Assembly (NCBI GenBank): GCA_022813965.1
Contig: JALDZS010000005.1
Coordinates: 124,001-188,000, forward strand
Direction of reading: 5' to 3'
Source of the DNA: Toensbergia leucococca
Lineage: Eukaryota
DNA: 64,000 nucleotides
This document shows positions 61,238-64,000 of this stretch, in pieces; the first letter of the stretch is position 1; each line of letters opens with the position of its first letter. Position numbers and translations under genes: made by a program. The notes beneath the pieces were generated by a model. That model saw nothing but the letters and a program-made list of their open reading frames with translations, did no database searches and was not told where the DNA came from.

Positions 61238-62558
61238 ATGCCTAAGTCGAAGACCATATTTCGTAAATGGCTTCACGCCATCAAGAGACTCGTGAAAGTG
61301 CAGTCTCAAAGCTCTAATGCTCAAAGCTTCCGATTTCTCGACTTACCCGGTGAAATACGGAACAAGATTTATCGTAAGCGTTTGAGATCTCTCCCGATAT
61401 TATGAAGTTGACCAACACCTTTTTCCAGGCTATCTGCTTTCAACGAGGCATGCGAATTGCCATGACCTCGGAAGTGGTAATTTGAAGTATGAGTTGCGTC
61501 CCGCAATCCTTCAAGCCAGCCGGCAGATCAACGACGAGTCAATGAGTATTTTCTTGGAGAATCGGTTCTTGCTTATAAAGACAACATGCGCTGTGTTCGA
61601 GAAGTACTTTTGCGAAACGAATATGCCGGTCGTCGCCTTCGCCAAGACGGAACGCTCCACCCCAAGAGATCACACAAGCACGAAAATATCCTTTGAAGTA
61701 ACAACGCAATCTACCATATCACCCTTGGACGGCTGGGTCATATGCCTCAAGGATCTTGAGACATTCGCGGTGCTGCTATTTTCGTTTTACGTCGCTTATC
61801 CGGAAGACCAGCCAAAGTTTTACTTGGGAAACAATGACTCCATTCAACACGAAAGTACGGAAAAGATTCTTATGCAATCAATGCTGCCAATCCTAGCCAA
61901 GTTTAAGAACGTACCAATCCCACAAGCCGTGAACGACCACATCGATGCAGTTGTGGACCAGTTCGACTTCCTATGGAATATGCCCTATCTTAGCTGTTCG
62001 GAATGTTTAGAGCAAGCTCAAGAGATAAGGGATGCTGGGAAAGAAGCATTTGATGCTGGCGATTTCAAGTTGGGCCTTGAGAGATATCATGCGGCGTATT
62101 TCAGGATGTATGTCACCGCTGACGACGACGTTTTCGAGACCCGGATACCCCAACACTTTGCACAGATCCTAGAGGGTGGTGTCTATGATGACCAACGTGG
62201 GGACGTAGTTCGGCGTGAACTAAGCATGCAACTAAACTTAGACATTCTAAAGGCACATCTCGGGATGCAAGACCCGGAGACAGCCTACCACTGGGGGATG
62301 CTTCTCATCGCAAGCCTAGAGGACTCAGATGCGGATCTTCATCAGCGTCTTCCAGCAGGCGTAGACGAAACCATCGGATTCGAGATCTCCGACGCCTATC
62401 TTGAAATTGCAGACGCCTGCTTTTACGTATTCGAGGACAAACAAGCAGAGAAATACTTTGGTTATGGATTAGACTATTTATCTGGTCGTCCGAATTTTGT
62501 TGAGGAGATGGACAGACGGTTTCAGGTCATTCACGTAAGACCCGTTCCTCGAGGCTGA
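61238..62558 (+). CDS. F-box-like (2EXR-type N-terminus) protein with a TPR-like C-terminus; intron 61374-61428
   Basis: FRFLDLPGEIRNKIYRYLL…PAILQASRQINDESMSIF..N and TPR-like AQEIRDAGKEAFDAGDFKLGLERY. Confidence 0.8.
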
Positions 62559-63730
62559 TTTAAAATCTTCTAATAATGCGTAGCTATACCCGGATGATTT
62601 GTCTGAGAATTCCATTGAAAATTGGCATCAAAGACAATGGGCACTTTTTCTTGATGCTTGGTATAGCAGGCGTGCAGGGCTTTGGCCATGAGATAATTCG
62701 TGAAATGGCGTACTTACCTACGGGAACAAGGCAATTGCTCCAATCGCCCGACACGTCTTATTTCTTGTACTCGTAGAGTCAGGATTTCTCTACTCTAATG
62801 GCGCAATATCACTTGCTTTTGGAATCATTCTACTAAGTAGATTGTCGTCTGAACGCCTTCGTCCTTTGCTTTTACCATGCAAAAGTTAACCCACACCACG
62901 GCTTACAGACTAAGCATATACCTAAGCCTTGACGTAGGAACACTGTGATGTGTCTCGAATCTCATTGTAGATCTAGTATCATTTGAAAGGCAAGAAGTTG
63001 GATTTCCTGATCCCCATGCAGTCATGAAAGACTCATGCTTGAAGGATGTAATTTTCTGAACGTTACAACACCCCTAATACTCTATCATCACAACGCGTTC
63101 CACTCATAGGAAGGTAGATCGGAGAAGCATTTCAATCCTGATGGATTTCTGTTTCCCTGACATTTTCATACTATTATCTCAGACTACTTCAAAGGAAAAA
63201 GGGTCCGTGTGTGATTCTTCGCATAGCAGTACCAACTTTTCAACGAAGTAATCACATAGATGATTTTAGAGACCAAGCGTAGGTAGTTAGACTTGTTCAC
63301 ACAAATGTCTCCCTCATCACTCACCAAGCCCTAATCCGAGTAAGATTTAAGCGAAAATCTAAGAATAGCAAGATCTGTACTCGCAATGCTCCACTAATAA
63401 GTTGGGAATGCCAAAATCACAGCCTTAGGACTGCGAGTAAGGCTATCTGTAGAGACGCGTATCAAAGGGCTTGGAAGGAAATCAGGGGCAAGAGGCTTAA
63501 GGTATACTAAGATGCCATTTCAGGCTTAGTAGCTTGATAGTACGCGCATCACGCTAAGATAAGCGACCCCTCCGCCACGAGACTTGACGATTAACGAAGA
63601 GGATGTCACTGCATAGCCTCGTGCGAGGCCTCACGGACTTTCAATTTAATGCTCGTTATTACTTTAACTTTTCACTACCATTCTCCTTCTTAATGAGCTT
63701 ACTACACCTACCTCACCAAAGCCCTAAATC

Positions 63731-64000
63731 ATGCTAGATGAGAATTTACCCAGTGAGTCCCCTTGAATGTACCCATACTCTTGCTAACAACCATTAGCCT
63801 TTTACCTCAAGCCCGGCAGCAATGGTATCAAGTATAATGCCACCGTCCTACTCTCTCAGTATGGCTCCGAAGCAGAACCAGCCTACTCTCTTCGACATCC
63901 TGATCCCTCTCTGCCAGCCTCCAAAAATCGATACGCCGCGGCCCTTTACGACAGCTATAATCCCGAAATCCTCTTTGGTGAGGTTCTATTGATACCAACT
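63731..64000 (+). CDS. Conserved fungal hypothetical protein, 5' part; intron 63753-63797
   Basis: MLDENLPTFYLKP…PAYSLRHPDPSLPASKNRYAAALYDSYNPEILFGEVLLIPT is open to the window end, with canonical splice sites. Confidence 0.8.

Noticed and set aside
1..64000. tRNA, rRNA, snRNA, CRISPR arrays, Starship captain or LTR elements
   Set aside because: No recognisable signatures by eye. Short RNA genes cannot be excluded without tRNAscan or Infernal.

Overview
Eukaryotic DNA from a filamentous ascomycete (Pezizomycotina; lichen-forming Lecanoromycete-like is a guess from gene style). Genes carry short GT-AG introns, so many ORF-track entries are exon fragments or antisense shadows. Recognisable conserved genes: NAD-specific glutamate dehydrogenase (partial), ADE2, a PPR-like mitochondrial protein, UTP18, hexokinase, a CSC1/OSCA channel, a MeaA-type ammonium transporter, a DUF3824-type RS-rich protein, an Slm1-like BAR-PH protein, ZDS1, MsrB, an ArfGAP and a small Sft1/Bet1-like SNARE that the ORF track misses. 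Accessory material: an intact 1,547-bp Tc1-type (DD34E) transposon with perfect 42-bp TIRs and a TA duplication beside decayed genes, BTB, F-box and secreted orphan genes, and an intronless orphan block at about 53-60 kb. The most interesting candidate system is in that block: a gene with a MazF/PemK-like motif pattern transcribed divergently from an acidic coiled-coil gene, possibly a fungal toxin-antidote pair (hypothesis only). A second notable signal is a pair of alternative splice donors that would switch the C-terminus of the DUF3824-type protein. All identifications are by eye, without database searches.
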